IMG/VR virus record: IMGVR_UViG_3300027763_000040
Location: 34,874-98,873 of that record
Length of the DNA stretch: 64,000 nucleotides
Reading direction: 5' to 3' (one strand)
Origin: a virus
The translations under genes and the position numbers were made by a program. This document shows positions 9,235 to 17,234 of the stretch, in pieces. The notes under the pieces were generated by a model. The model made no database searches, was not told the DNA's origin, and worked only from the letters and a program-made list of their open reading frames with translations. How positions within the stretch are numbered: the stretch's first letter is position 1; every line of letters starts with the position of its first letter.

Positions 9235-9882
9235 ATGTCATACTTTAGAGAATTACCAAATCTAGAATATCAATCAATACTTTCTGATAGAGTATCTTCT
9301 GACGAATATTTAATTGTAAAAAATTTATTTCGTAGAGCAAAACTTAGAGAAGATCTTCAAAATGTTTTTACGATCTTTAATAAGTATCAAATACCAGATG
9401 GATCTAGACCAGAATTAGTTGCTAAAGAGATCTATAATAGCGCACAATATGATTGGATTGTTTTAATTGGTGCAGGAATCACTAATGTTAGGGATCAATG
9501 GCCATTATCCGATAGAGATCTTTATACTTATGCCGAAGAAATATATGGTGAAAATTTAAATGATATTCATCATTATGAGACTACGGAAGTCAAAGATTTA
9601 AAAGGAAGATTAATTCTTCCTGCAGGAAAAGTTGTTGATGCATCCTTCACTATACCAAACCAAAATTTGTTGACTCAAACTATAAATCCTGTAACTGGAA
9701 TTACTAATTATGAATATGAAGTAAGAAAAAATAATAAAAAAAGATTAATATATGTTATCAAACCATCTTACTTAAAACAAATTATTAAAGATATGAGAAA
9801 CAGTTTACTTTATGATGAATCTTCACAATATATTAATGAAAAATTGATTAAAACTGAAAATACTAGAAATACCTTACCATAA
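9235..9882 (+). CDS. gp53: Baseplate wedge subunit
   Basis: YFRELPN, KNLFRR, RPE.VA..Y, QWP, IHHYET and TNYEYE...N motifs. Confidence 0.9.
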   Translation: MSYFRELPNLEYQSILSDRVSSDEYLIVKNLFRRAKLREDLQNVFTIFNKYQIPDGSRPELVAKEIYNSAQYDWIVLIGAGITNVRDQWPLSDRDLYTYAEEIYGENLNDIHHYETTEVKDLKGRLILPAGKVVDASFTIPNQNLLTQTINPVTGITNYEYEVRKNNKKRLIYVIKPSYLKQIIKDMRNSLLYDESSQYINEKLIKTENTRNTLP

Positions 9883-10461
9883 GAGTTCTAGATTCTTATC
9901 AAATATCATTACATATCGATGTTTGCGGGAGCGGTCTTTCCAGTCTCCTTCAGCACCTTTAATTTTGCCTCTAGAGTGTTTAGTTCCGTCTGCATAATAG
10001 AAATCTTTTTTTGCGTCTGTGAGTCCGCAATATTTAAAATTACAAGCGCGATAGATTGTACCATTATGGAAATCACTATCAGCGTAAGAGATGATTGCTT
10101 TAACTTCAGTATCCTTCCGTAACTGTCTAATCGCTCTTGAAACAAACCAAGAAGTGATATTATGCTCAGTTCGTTGAGTTTCGGGATGGATGCAGAGTCT
10201 TGATAACTCAAAAAGTCCTTGTTGTTCATTTCGTTCAAGTCCAAATGCACCTGTTGCAATTTCGGGAACAGGCAGTCCAGTAAAAATACAAACTCCTTGA
10301 AGACCACCAATATTTAATGGGCAAAAATCATTATTTTTATAAAGACCATAGTTATACCCAGATTTAAAATCTTTAGATATATCTTTAAGATAATGAAACT
10401 TCAGAAGTAACTCTGAAGATTCGGATTTACTTATGCGATCTATATAAAAATCTGACTTCAT
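9874..10461 (-). CDS. Mom-like (GNAT-fold) DNA base modification protein
   Basis: HYL, ELSRLC and IISYAD...H.GTIYRACNF.Y.G motifs characteristic of Mu Mom-family proteins. Confidence 0.75.
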   Translation of the reverse strand: MKSDFYIDRISKSESSELLLKFHYLKDISKDFKSGYNYGLYKNNDFCPLNIGGLQGVCIFTGLPVPEIATGAFGLERNEQQGLFELSRLCIHPETQRTEHNITSWFVSRAIRQLRKDTEVKAIISYADSDFHNGTIYRACNFKYCGLTDAKKDFYYADGTKHSRGKIKGAEGDWKDRSRKHRYVMIFDKNLELLW

Positions 10462-10856
10462 AAGAGTTTTTCTAAAGGATTTCTAATATCACTACCACTA
10501 AAATGATTTTTTAACAAATTTACTTGTTCTTTAAATTTTTCTTCTGGACAGCGTTGTCTGCCCAAATTAAATAATCTAAGTGCAATAACAACATTGCCAG
10601 GAATATAACCATCAAATTCGTCCAATCTTTCTAAACTTGGCGCAAGTGGATTATGAGATTCAAAAACTCCTTGTGGGTTAATTGGAAATCCTGTCCAATA
10701 ACATTTGCCATTTTGGTTAAAAAATTGCTCAACTAAATACGTTTCATCAATAGTAACATCTAATGGTTCTGTTCTTTTGATTCCGTTTTTCTTTTCTTGT
10801 CCAGGTCGCGCAGCAGTTTTTGCTTTATGAATAAGTGCTTTCCAAGGATTTTTCAT
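10458..10856 (-). CDS. Putative free-standing HNH-like (His-Me finger) endonuclease
   Basis: QNGKCYWTG...PSLERLD..GY..GNVV....N motif. Start placed at MKNPW (10856) because the longer ORF start lies inside a promoter/terminator. Confidence 0.65.
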   Translation of the reverse strand: MKNPWKALIHKAKTAARPGQEKKNGIKRTEPLDVTIDETYLVEQFFNQNGKCYWTGFPINPQGVFESHNPLAPSLERLDEFDGYIPGNVVIALRLFNLGRQRCPEEKFKEQVNLLKNHFSGSDIRNPLEKLL

Positions 10857-10860
10857 AATT

Positions 10861-10895
10861 AAAAAAATAGGGGAGAGGACTCTCAACTTCTCCCC
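10861..10895 (-). terminator. Rho-independent terminator after gp32
   Basis: GGGGAGA...TCTCCCC stem followed by TATTTTTTT. Confidence 0.75.
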
Positions 10896-10896
10896 C

Positions 10897-10925
10897 ATTA
10901 TAGCACAAATATCTTATTCTGCCAA
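10897..10925 (-). promoter_or_regulatory. Sigma70-type promoter for the endonuclease/Mom-like genes
   Basis: TTGGCA-N17-TATAAT with an extended TGn. Confidence 0.7.
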
Positions 10926-11831
10926 CTTTGCGAAGTAGGACAGAGTATCATCCTCATCTTCATCATATGAAGAAGACTTAGAAGAAGAACTCAGATTACT
11001 CAATTCGGTGCGAAGATCTTCATCAAGGTCACGAACTGGACCGCGAGAAGTCTCTTCCTCATCAGCAACCTCAGGGTCTTGACGACGAGCAGTCTTGTTG
11101 CCGAGAACATAATCAAGACGCTTCTTCAGTTCATCATAAGACTTGAACTGGTCAGCAGCAACGAGTTCTGCAAGAGAATACTGCTTCTTCCAGATTGCTT
11201 CCATTGCATCATCATCGTCCAGAAGAGCACCTTGTGCGGCAAACTCTGAAGAATCATAATTACGATAACCAGCAACATTCTTTGCCTTCAGTTTGAAGTT
11301 AGCACCCTGCCAGAAGTCAAACGGATCGATAGGAGTCTCATCTTCAAACTCTGGTTGCATTGCAGCAGTCAGTTTATCGAAGATTTTCTTACCAAACTTA
11401 TAAAGGAACACTTTACCTTCGTTAGCAGGATTAGCAGGATCCTTGACAACATAGATGTTGCTCACATAAGTCAGTTTGCGCTTCTGCTTACGTGCTACTT
11501 CTTTACCAGCATCAGTACCATTGTTCCACAATTCGGAGTTGAGTTCCGATACGGGATCCTTCTGGTTCATGGTAGTAAGAGAATTCTCAATATACCAACC
11601 GCCAGGGCCTTGAAATGCGTGGGAGTACAGTTTTACAAACGGAAGATCTTCACCGTTAGGAGCAGGGAGGAAACGAATGACGGCATAACCATTGCCGCTC
11701 TTATCACATTCGAGTTTCCAAAGACGATCATCGCCAGATGATGTGTTATTATTCATTTTTTCTACTTCCTTGACCAGTTTTGCGGTCAGGGAACCAAGTT
11801 TAGATTGTTTCTTAAGATCAGAAAAAGACAT
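10914..11831 (-). CDS. gp32: Single-stranded DNA-binding protein
   Basis: DDRLWK...GNGYAVIRFLP, HAFQGPGGWYIENS and acidic C-terminal tail ending YFAKLAE. Confidence 0.98.
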   Translation of the reverse strand: MSFSDLKKQSKLGSLTAKLVKEVEKMNNNTSSGDDRLWKLECDKSGNGYAVIRFLPAPNGEDLPFVKLYSHAFQGPGGWYIENSLTTMNQKDPVSELNSELWNNGTDAGKEVARKQKRKLTYVSNIYVVKDPANPANEGKVFLYKFGKKIFDKLTAAMQPEFEDETPIDPFDFWQGANFKLKAKNVAGYRNYDSSEFAAQGALLDDDDAMEAIWKKQYSLAELVAADQFKSYDELKKRLDYVLGNKTARRQDPEVADEEETSRGPVRDLDEDLRTELSNLSSSSKSSSYDEDEDDTLSYFAKLAE

Positions 11832-11874
11832 TTGGATTCGTTGTGTAAATTGGATGTTTTGGATTTACTTAGAT

Positions 11875-11903
11875 ATTATAACAAAAATAATATCACTTGT
11901 CAA
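11875..11903 (-). promoter_or_regulatory. Consensus sigma70 promoter of gp32
   Basis: Perfect TTGACA-N17-TATAAT. Confidence 0.9.
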
Positions 11904-12225
11904 TAAATTCCTTGAGAGACTCAATTGTTTTGTTCATACTATTGAAAAGTATATTCATATCTGTGTCAGGAGGAAATCCCATAATTGCCACAGATTTGCG
12001 AAGATTCTCTTTCATCTCAACCGCTTGTGGATCATCAGAAAGAGAAAGTCTTGTGTACATAATACGTTGCTTTTCTAGCAACTGAGTCAATTTATCAATG
12101 TGTTCCAGTTTATCTTCACGGGTCATCGAACCAAAAGTAAGAATACTTCCATAAATGAACTTTTGAAGTTCATTAATTTCTTCAAGTTCTTCCTGAATCA
12201 ATTCAGAATCAAAGAATTTACTCAT
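11893..12225 (-). CDS. DUF1825-like conserved cyanophage/cyanobacterial protein
   Basis: FFDSE.IQ.E...I and Y.RLSLSDDP.A motifs. Confidence 0.75.
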   Translation of the reverse strand: MSKFFDSELIQEELEEINELQKFIYGSILTFGSMTREDKLEHIDKLTQLLEKQRIMYTRLSLSDDPQAVEMKENLRKSVAIMGFPPDTDMNILFNSMNKTIESLKEFIDK

Positions 12226-12808
12226 TTACAATTTCCCGTAAAAGTTTTTTGTACTGGAATACATCGATATTTAGAAACGGTTTGTATTTTTTAATTTTTA
12301 AACTTACGGTTTCCCACACTGGGTCCAAAAGTTTTTTATCAAACACATTCCCGAACTGGAATATTATATCATAAATCACCAGGGTTTCAATACCAATCTT
12401 CCCGCCCAGGAACTTTTTTAGAACTGGTGGATGTCCTTTCGAACAATTGAAAGCATCTTCTAATTTTGTTTCCGAGAGTAATTCTTCCGATTGTTCTTTG
12501 AACAAGTAGGTCAAACTCTGCTGTCGTTTCATCCACTCGACGTATGTTCTTTCTCCAGAATTTATAATTTCTCCAATCCATATGTTTTGTGGGTTATCGG
12601 CGGCAAGAAAATTGGCAAGAAAATAATCTACTATTTCTTTATCAGAATATTTACGACTGGATTTCTCAAACCAATATTTATCTTTGCGTTTGTTAAAAGA
12701 AGTTAGAGTTGCCCTTGACTTCCCACCATATTTAAAGAAATCGTATTTTGGATTTGTAAAATGACTTTTGAGTGAAAGATAATGTTGATAGGTCTCAAAA
12801 GGACTCAT
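12218..12808 (-). CDS. gp59: Helicase loader
   Basis: YLSLK.HF...YD.FKY.G and F.KRKDKY.F motifs. Confidence 0.9.
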   Translation of the reverse strand: MSPFETYQHYLSLKSHFTNPKYDFFKYGGKSRATLTSFNKRKDKYWFEKSSRKYSDKEIVDYFLANFLAADNPQNIWIGEIINSGERTYVEWMKRQQSLTYLFKEQSEELLSETKLEDAFNCSKGHPPVLKKFLGGKIGIETLVIYDIIFQFGNVFDKKLLDPVWETVSLKIKKYKPFLNIDVFQYKKLLREIVNE

Positions 12809-13065
12809 AGGGGCAATTTTGCTCTCGAAGTTTTTTTCATAAAGTTTAGGTTGATAGCATCATACTTCAATCTTTCTTTAAGTGGTTTTGATACGAGTTT
12901 CGTAATTGAATCTACTTCAATACCATTCACTTCACAATAGTGAACGATTGCATCAATATAGTTGCACTTTTCTTCTGCAACAATTTTTTCCACTTCCAGT
13001 GCAAACTTGGAAGGGGTGAGGAATTTATCCTCCATTACCTGCTCTAGTTCTTTATTTGGTTCCAT
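12805..13065 (-). CDS. gp33: Late transcription coactivator
   Basis: F..EVE.IV.....YIDAIV.YCE...LKE.LK.DA..LNF motif. Start placed at MEPNK. Confidence 0.9.
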   Translation of the reverse strand: MEPNKELEQVMEDKFLTPSKFALEVEKIVAEEKCNYIDAIVHYCEVNGIEVDSITKLVSKPLKERLKYDAINLNFMKKTSRAKLPL

Positions 13066-13732
13066 ACTGCTCAAGTTTATCTCCAACAAATTTTCTAATA
13101 TATTGGACGAGCAATTTAAGGTACTTTGCTTTGTCGTATTCTTCATAAACTACACATTCTCCATTTTCACAAGACATAATGATAACAAATTTTTTGACTG
13201 GTATCTCAGTCAGTTCGTAATACATTGCTGCATAAGCACAGCACTGTACAAAATAATGGTCAATCCACTCACGTGGTTTGGGTTTTTTGGAAGTCTTAAA
13301 GTCGATGATCGCTAGTTCGCCATTATATTCAGCAATGCAATCAACGGTTCCCGCAACACCTAATTGCTTACTATATAGGGAACCTTCAAGAGCGTGAATA
13401 TTATTTATATTATTCAGTTCCGTTTTTGCAATCTTAAAAAGAAAATCCGCCAGCGGCGCAACAGACGGCAAATCTTGATTTTTAAGATAGTTCTCCGTAA
13501 GAGAATGCATATCCGTACCGCGAGAAGTAGCCGCCTTAGTAATCTTCTCCGCCTCCGCCTCACCAATCCTTTTGCGCCACTTAACAAATATTTCACGATT
13601 AAAATGACTTGTAACAGAAGTAATTGAAACTAGTTTAAGAAGTTCTTCCTCGTCAGGAACTTTATAATATCGAATACCATCTATAGTCTCCCGTTCAAGT
13701 TTTGGGAGAATCACATCAACATGATTGAACAT
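13052..13732 (-). CDS. PD-(D/E)XK exonuclease (Cas4/RecB-like, cyanophage core)
   Basis: SITSV, RGT.MH, AGTVDCIAEY...IIDFKTS and Y.VQ..AYA motifs. Confidence 0.85.
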   Translation of the reverse strand: MFNHVDVILPKLERETIDGIRYYKVPDEEELLKLVSITSVTSHFNREIFVKWRKRIGEAEAEKITKAATSRGTDMHSLTENYLKNQDLPSVAPLADFLFKIAKTELNNINNIHALEGSLYSKQLGVAGTVDCIAEYNGELAIIDFKTSKKPKPREWIDHYFVQCCAYAAMYYELTEIPVKKFVIIMSCENGECVVYEEYDKAKYLKLLVQYIRKFVGDKLEQYGTK

Positions 13733-14487
13733 TAAAAACCTGCTTCTATTTTAGCAACAATGTATTCTTTGACAAGTCCAGAACGAACAATATCATCAAC
13801 ACCAAATTCTATTATATCAATAGATGGCATTTTACGCAAGATGCTCATAAAATCAACAATTCCATTACGCTCATTAGATTTCTGCAAATCCGACTGAGTA
13901 GCATCTCCACAAAACATAATCTTAGAGTTTTCACCAACACGAGTAATGATTGAATCCAATTCATGTGCCGTACAGTTTTGAAATTCATCTACAATAATGA
14001 TTGAGTTATCAAGTGTCGTGCCTCTCAAAAATGAGGTACTCCAGAACTTAATCGTTTCCTGTGCCTTAAGATTACCATAAAGCATCTCAAACTCTGCATC
14101 AGAAGGCATCTGGAACATATACTTTACCATATTCTTATAAGGAATCTGATAGATATCCGATTTGTCTTCATAGGAACCAGGAAGGAAACCAATCTCCCTT
14201 GTAGCAACTAAAGAACGAACCAAATAGATTTTCTCATAAGGAGTTCTTTCATCAAGAACTTCACGAAGAGCATTATAAAGAGTGATGAAAGTCTTACCGG
14301 TTCCTGCACATCCATATGCGACAAGATGTTTACCTTCGGCATATGCGTCAAAAAGTTTGCCTTGATTATCCGTAAGTGGATCAATATCTAATAGATATTC
14401 GCTCCCGAGTGCCTTTTTCCTCTTTGCCTGACGGGTTGTAAGACCAACACCAATTGGTTGGTCGTTCGTCCTTTTTCTTCTTGCCAT
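13732..14487 (-). CDS. phoH: PhoH-family ATPase
   Basis: Walker A GCAGTGKT; IGFLPG, FLRGTT, DEFQN and GD..QSD motifs. Confidence 0.97.
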   Translation of the reverse strand: MARRKRTNDQPIGVGLTTRQAKRKKALGSEYLLDIDPLTDNQGKLFDAYAEGKHLVAYGCAGTGKTFITLYNALREVLDERTPYEKIYLVRSLVATREIGFLPGSYEDKSDIYQIPYKNMVKYMFQMPSDAEFEMLYGNLKAQETIKFWSTSFLRGTTLDNSIIIVDEFQNCTAHELDSIITRVGENSKIMFCGDATQSDLQKSNERNGIVDFMSILRKMPSIDIIEFGVDDIVRSGLVKEYIVAKIEAGF

Positions 14488-14488
14488 A

Positions 14489-14731
14489 TTAAAGTTTTTT
14501 TATAGTTGAACCGGGCATTTTCTGTGCTTTTCCAAGAACATCATTCCATCCTGGATGTTTGTTGGCGAGTTTATCTCTCCATTCTCCAACCTCTCCTGGA
14601 CTTGCGGATCCCTGCGACCAATCCCTTTGCCACTCAGGATTGTCCTGATACCACTGCGTGATGTCATGAACACTCATTTCAATCACTTTCGTCTCACCAG
14701 TTTCTTTATGAATAATCGGATAAATTGCCAT
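14489..14731 (-). CDS. Conserved cyanophage hypothetical protein upstream of phoH
   Basis: MA.YP.....TGE...W...NP.W...GWN.VL pattern. Late promoter CTAAATA at 14754-14760. Confidence 0.75.
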   Translation of the reverse strand: MAIYPIIHKETGETKVIEMSVHDITQWYQDNPEWQRDWSQGSASPGEVGEWRDKLANKHPGWNDVLGKAQKMPGSTIKKL

Positions 14732-14756
14732 GGGGTTTAATAATGTGTATCGTTAT

Positions 14757-15392
14757 TTAGACCCATTCAAGGGCTTCTGAGACTGCTGGGAATTGTTCGG
14801 CAAACACTTTCTTACATGCCTCTGCAATTTCCATATGTTCTTTTTGAGTTCCGTGTGCAGAACGCAGATTGATATAATGAATCCACGACCTGCAAGAGCC
14901 TGTCATATAAATTTTTGTAGGAACTGCAAGTGGCAATACAAACCTAGCACACTCCTTTGCCACATCACACTCTAGGAGTTCCTTGTAGAGGTCTTGAGCG
15001 GCATCAAAATGATCTTGGATCTTAGAGTAGAGTTCTATCTTAAGGTCTGCTGGGAGGTCGTCTGTGGAGTTCTGGCGGTTCTTTGTGTCCTGCCTACGAA
15101 GTTCTGGTAGGGGAATATCCTCTGCAATCAGATTTGTGTCAGCATAACGTTGTGAGAACTCTTGGAATGTGAAGCTACGATGACGCAGAATTTGTGCGGC
15201 AATACCACGAGTAGTCTCAATCTCCAGTGTCATAGAAGACTGTTCAAACACAGACCAATGATTATGCTTAATGCAATAAGCAAGCAACTTGGAATAGTTT
15301 TCGTTATCCTGATTTGCAGGATTAGAAACTCTCGCAATAAATGCCATTGTTTTTTCTGCATCTGGTGTAATACTAATTAATTTTACAGTCAT
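14757..15392 (-). CDS. thyX: FAD-dependent thymidylate synthase
   Basis: HWSVFE, QILRHRSFTFQEFSQRY (RHR-x7-S) and ARFVLP motifs. Confidence 0.97.
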   Translation of the reverse strand: MTVKLISITPDAEKTMAFIARVSNPANQDNENYSKLLAYCIKHNHWSVFEQSSMTLEIETTRGIAAQILRHRSFTFQEFSQRYADTNLIAEDIPLPELRRQDTKNRQNSTDDLPADLKIELYSKIQDHFDAAQDLYKELLECDVAKECARFVLPLAVPTKIYMTGSCRSWIHYINLRSAHGTQKEHMEIAEACKKVFAEQFPAVSEALEWV

Positions 15393-15556
15393 TTCTTTCC
15401 AAATCCTTTTGATGTTTGTTGTTCAATTTGTTCCAATTCTTGTTTTACACTTCGAAGTTGTGCTTTCATTTCTTTCAATTGTTCTCCAGAATAAAGATGA
15501 TCTTGTTTGATCAATTTTTCCAACAATTTTACAAGTTCTTTTGCTTTATTAGTCAT
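15389..15556 (-). CDS. Small coiled-coil hypothetical protein (55 aa, ends KGFGKK)
   Basis: Read by hand: MTNKAKELVKLLEKLIKQDHLYSGEQLKEMKAQLRSVKQELEQIEQQTSKGFGKK. ATGA coupling to thyX. Confidence 0.75.
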   Translation of the reverse strand: MTNKAKELVKLLEKLIKQDHLYSGEQLKEMKAQLRSVKQELEQIEQQTSKGFGKK

Positions 15557-15707
15557 TATAGTCCTCAAAGATTTCGTCGTAATCTAATTCTCTTGGTTTA
15601 ATATCATCATATCGATATGATGGTGTATCGGAATAAATTTCCGCCTTTAACGAATCAAGAAGAAGTTCCATATTTCGGATTATGAGTTTTAATTTGTCTT
15701 TGTCCAT
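15549..15707 (-). CDS. Small acidic hypothetical protein (52 aa)
   Basis: Read by hand: MDKDKLKLIIRNMELLLDSLKAEIYSD...YDEIFEDYND. Preceded by a sigma70 promoter. Confidence 0.75.
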   Translation of the reverse strand: MDKDKLKLIIRNMELLLDSLKAEIYSDTPSYRYDDIKPRELDYDEIFEDYND

Positions 15708-15728
15708 CCTTTATAGATCTCTCAAAAC

Positions 15729-15763
15729 ATTTTACATAAAAAAAAGGAGGGTGTCAACCCCCC
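15729..15763 (-). terminator. Rho-independent terminator overlapping a sigma70 promoter
   Basis: GGGGGG-TTGACA-CCCTCC followed by T8. The loop TTGACA (15752-15757) lies 17 nt from TAAAAT (15729-15734). Confidence 0.8.
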
Positions 15764-15769
15764 AGTATA

Positions 15770-15883
15770 TTATCGCATTGCCATTACAAGTTTTGCTTGA
15801 TGCTTGCGTTGTTCTTTTTCCTTTTGCTGCTTGATTAAAACAAGTTGCCAGTTATTTTTATTTTTCACATTTGCTTGTGACAT
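15770..15883 (-). CDS. 37-aa basic peptide downstream of the riboswitch
   Basis: MSQANVKNKNNWQLVLIKQQKEKEQRKHQAKLVMAMR. Strong SD AAGGAG, followed by a terminator. Confidence 0.75.
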   Translation of the reverse strand: MSQANVKNKNNWQLVLIKQQKEKEQRKHQAKLVMAMR

Positions 15884-15916
15884 TAGGTTTTCTCCTTAGT
15901 GGTTTAGGTTAAAGAG

Positions 15917-16129
15917 CGTTCCTTCAGTCGGCGGTTGCGTCTATTTTACACTCTTTGGGAGTAATTTTTTTGATTTCCCAAATTAAATCGTTGCGAGTTT
16001 GTGGAGGCATATTTGCCTTCATAACTCTTCCAATGATTAACTTTGCTTGTAGACAACTAAGTAAGAGTGCTTCCATAGATGAACGATCCGTTCCGCGTCG
16101 GCTTACTTCCGACCCTTTCGGGTTGAACG
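15917..16129 (-). ncRNA. Tandem glutamine-riboswitch-like aptamers (glnA / Downstream-peptide class)
   Basis: Aptamer 1 (16129-16089): CGTTCA-ACCC GAAA GGGT-CGGAAGTAAG...GGAACG. Aptamer 2: CGTTCA TCTAT (16085-16075) ... ATAGA CGCAACCGCCGACTGAAGGAACG (15944-15917). Confidence 0.75.
15924..16076 (-). CDS. 50-aa peptide nested inside aptamer 2
   Basis: MEALLLSCLQAKLIIGRVMKANMPPQTRNDLIWEIKKITPKECKIDATAD. The longer track ORF starts at the -35 element, so that start is unlikely. Confidence 0.65.
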   Translation of the reverse strand: MEALLLSCLQAKLIIGRVMKANMPPQTRNDLIWEIKKITPKECKIDATAD

Positions 16130-16136
16130 TAGAGGT

Positions 16137-16166
16137 ATTATACCCCCATTGCGGGTATTTAGTCAA
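16137..16166 (-). promoter_or_regulatory. Sigma70 promoter with an embedded late-promoter motif, driving the riboswitch transcript
   Basis: TTGACT-N18-TATAAT, with CTAAATA at 16156-16162. Predicted +1 near 16130 coincides with the aptamer start. Confidence 0.7.
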
Positions 16167-16173
16167 ATAATTC

Positions 16174-16189
16174 TGTAAAATGTGATACA
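16174..16189. promoter_or_regulatory. NtcA-binding box
   Basis: TGTA-AAATGTGA-TACA matches tGTA-N8-TACa. Intergenic and upstream of the riboswitch promoter. Confidence 0.75.
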
Positions 16190-16192
16190 GTT

Positions 16193-16537
16193 TTACTTGC
16201 GCTTTTTCTTTTCTGGAACACTATATCCCCAATTTCTAGGGTTAATCTTACCATAACCCCATCTAATACTACGAATAGTATTGCCTATTTTATCATAGTA
16301 CATATCAAAAAGATTTACTCTTTTTCCACATCTTGTTAAATCATAACAAATCTCACCATCTACGATATATTCAACAATATATGCATCTGTTGGTACAGTA
16401 TAATCTTTTGTTTCTTGTAATGTACAATTGTGTTTGAGTATTTCACACCCATAACGAGATTTAAGTTCTTTTATTTCCTGAGCGTTCCAAATATAATTGG
16501 AATCTTTATCAGATACTTTATTTTTTTCTGTTGACAT
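16193..16537 (-). CDS. Conserved cyanophage hypothetical protein
   Basis: P.DAYIV.Y...YDL.R...FD.YYD...WGYG.INP..WG pattern. An alternative TTG start exists at 16564. Confidence 0.7.
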   Translation of the reverse strand: MSTEKNKVSDKDSNYIWNAQEIKELKSRYGCEILKHNCTLQETKDYTVPTDAYIVEYIVDGEICYDLTRCGKRVNLFDMYYDKIGNTIRSIRWGYGKINPRNWGYSVPEKKKRK

Positions 16538-16598
16538 TATATTTTCTGCAACTACATTTTTCAATTTTTTAAATCCACAATATTAATTAATAACAATA

Positions 16599-17234
16599 TT
16601 AACCACGATTTCCCCAACAAATATCCGGATATGCTTGGGAAACAATGTCCTTTGAAATTTTATACTTTGTCTCTAGATTCTTATCTTTAGTAAGGCAGAG
16701 AATTTCCGATTCAAGTGGATGAAGTCCTTGAAGAATATTAATAAACATTGTCTCTCTACGAATAGAAGATAGTCCATCATTACCACCTTTTACAAAATTA
16801 TAAAATTTGGTATATTCTTTACGAATTGATGATTTACCTTGATCCGTTGAACCAAGTGATTGTGTTCCAAGTTCTCCCATTTTATAAACAGCATCTTCAA
16901 TTTTTTGACTTAGAGTCGAATTAAAAGATCCTTGTTCACTAACATCAGAGTAAGGAACTTCTCCCGAAGGAAGTAATGAAATTATAGTTTCATCAAAATT
17001 CCAAATAAAAATTGCTTTTAATGAATCATGTTCATATTTTTTAAGAACTTCAACCTTTTTAGAAATACTCCTTTGCTTTGAAGCAAGATTGAGAATTTCA
17101 AATATAAATGGGTTAGCTGGAAGTTCTAGAATTGGAGTTTCAACAACCTTTTCGGTAACTGTTTTTGGTTGTACCGTTTTAGTTGCCGCTTTAGTTGCTG
17201 CTTTAGTCGTCGTCTTCTGTGTCGTCATATTCAT
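16599..17234 (-). CDS. Conserved T4-like phage hypothetical protein
   Basis: EIL......K.E.L..Y...LK....WNFD...LP.G.VPY and RRE.MFI..L.GLHP.E motifs. Confidence 0.75.
   Translation of the reverse strand: MNMTTQKTTTKAATKAATKTVQPKTVTEKVVETPILELPANPFIFEILNLASKQRSISKKVEVLKKYEHDSLKAIFIWNFDETIISLLPSGEVPYSDVSEQGSFNSTLSQKIEDAVYKMGELGTQSLGSTDQGKSSIRKEYTKFYNFVKGGNDGLSSIRRETMFINILQGLHPLESEILCLTKDKNLETKYKISKDIVSQAYPDICWGNRG

Noticed and set aside
7313-9882. Inverted gp4-gp2-gp48-gp53 block as an invertible or mobile segment
   Set aside because: This is the usual orientation in cyanomyoviruses. No flanking inverted repeats or recombinase seen.
13052-13732. Cas4-like nuclease as a sign of a CRISPR system
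   Set aside because: It is the core cyanomyovirus exonuclease between phoH and gp33, with no array or other cas gene.
16077-16166. N-terminal extension of the 80-aa track ORF
   Set aside because: Its TTG start is the -35 hexamer, upstream of the predicted transcription start, and it runs through aptamer 1.
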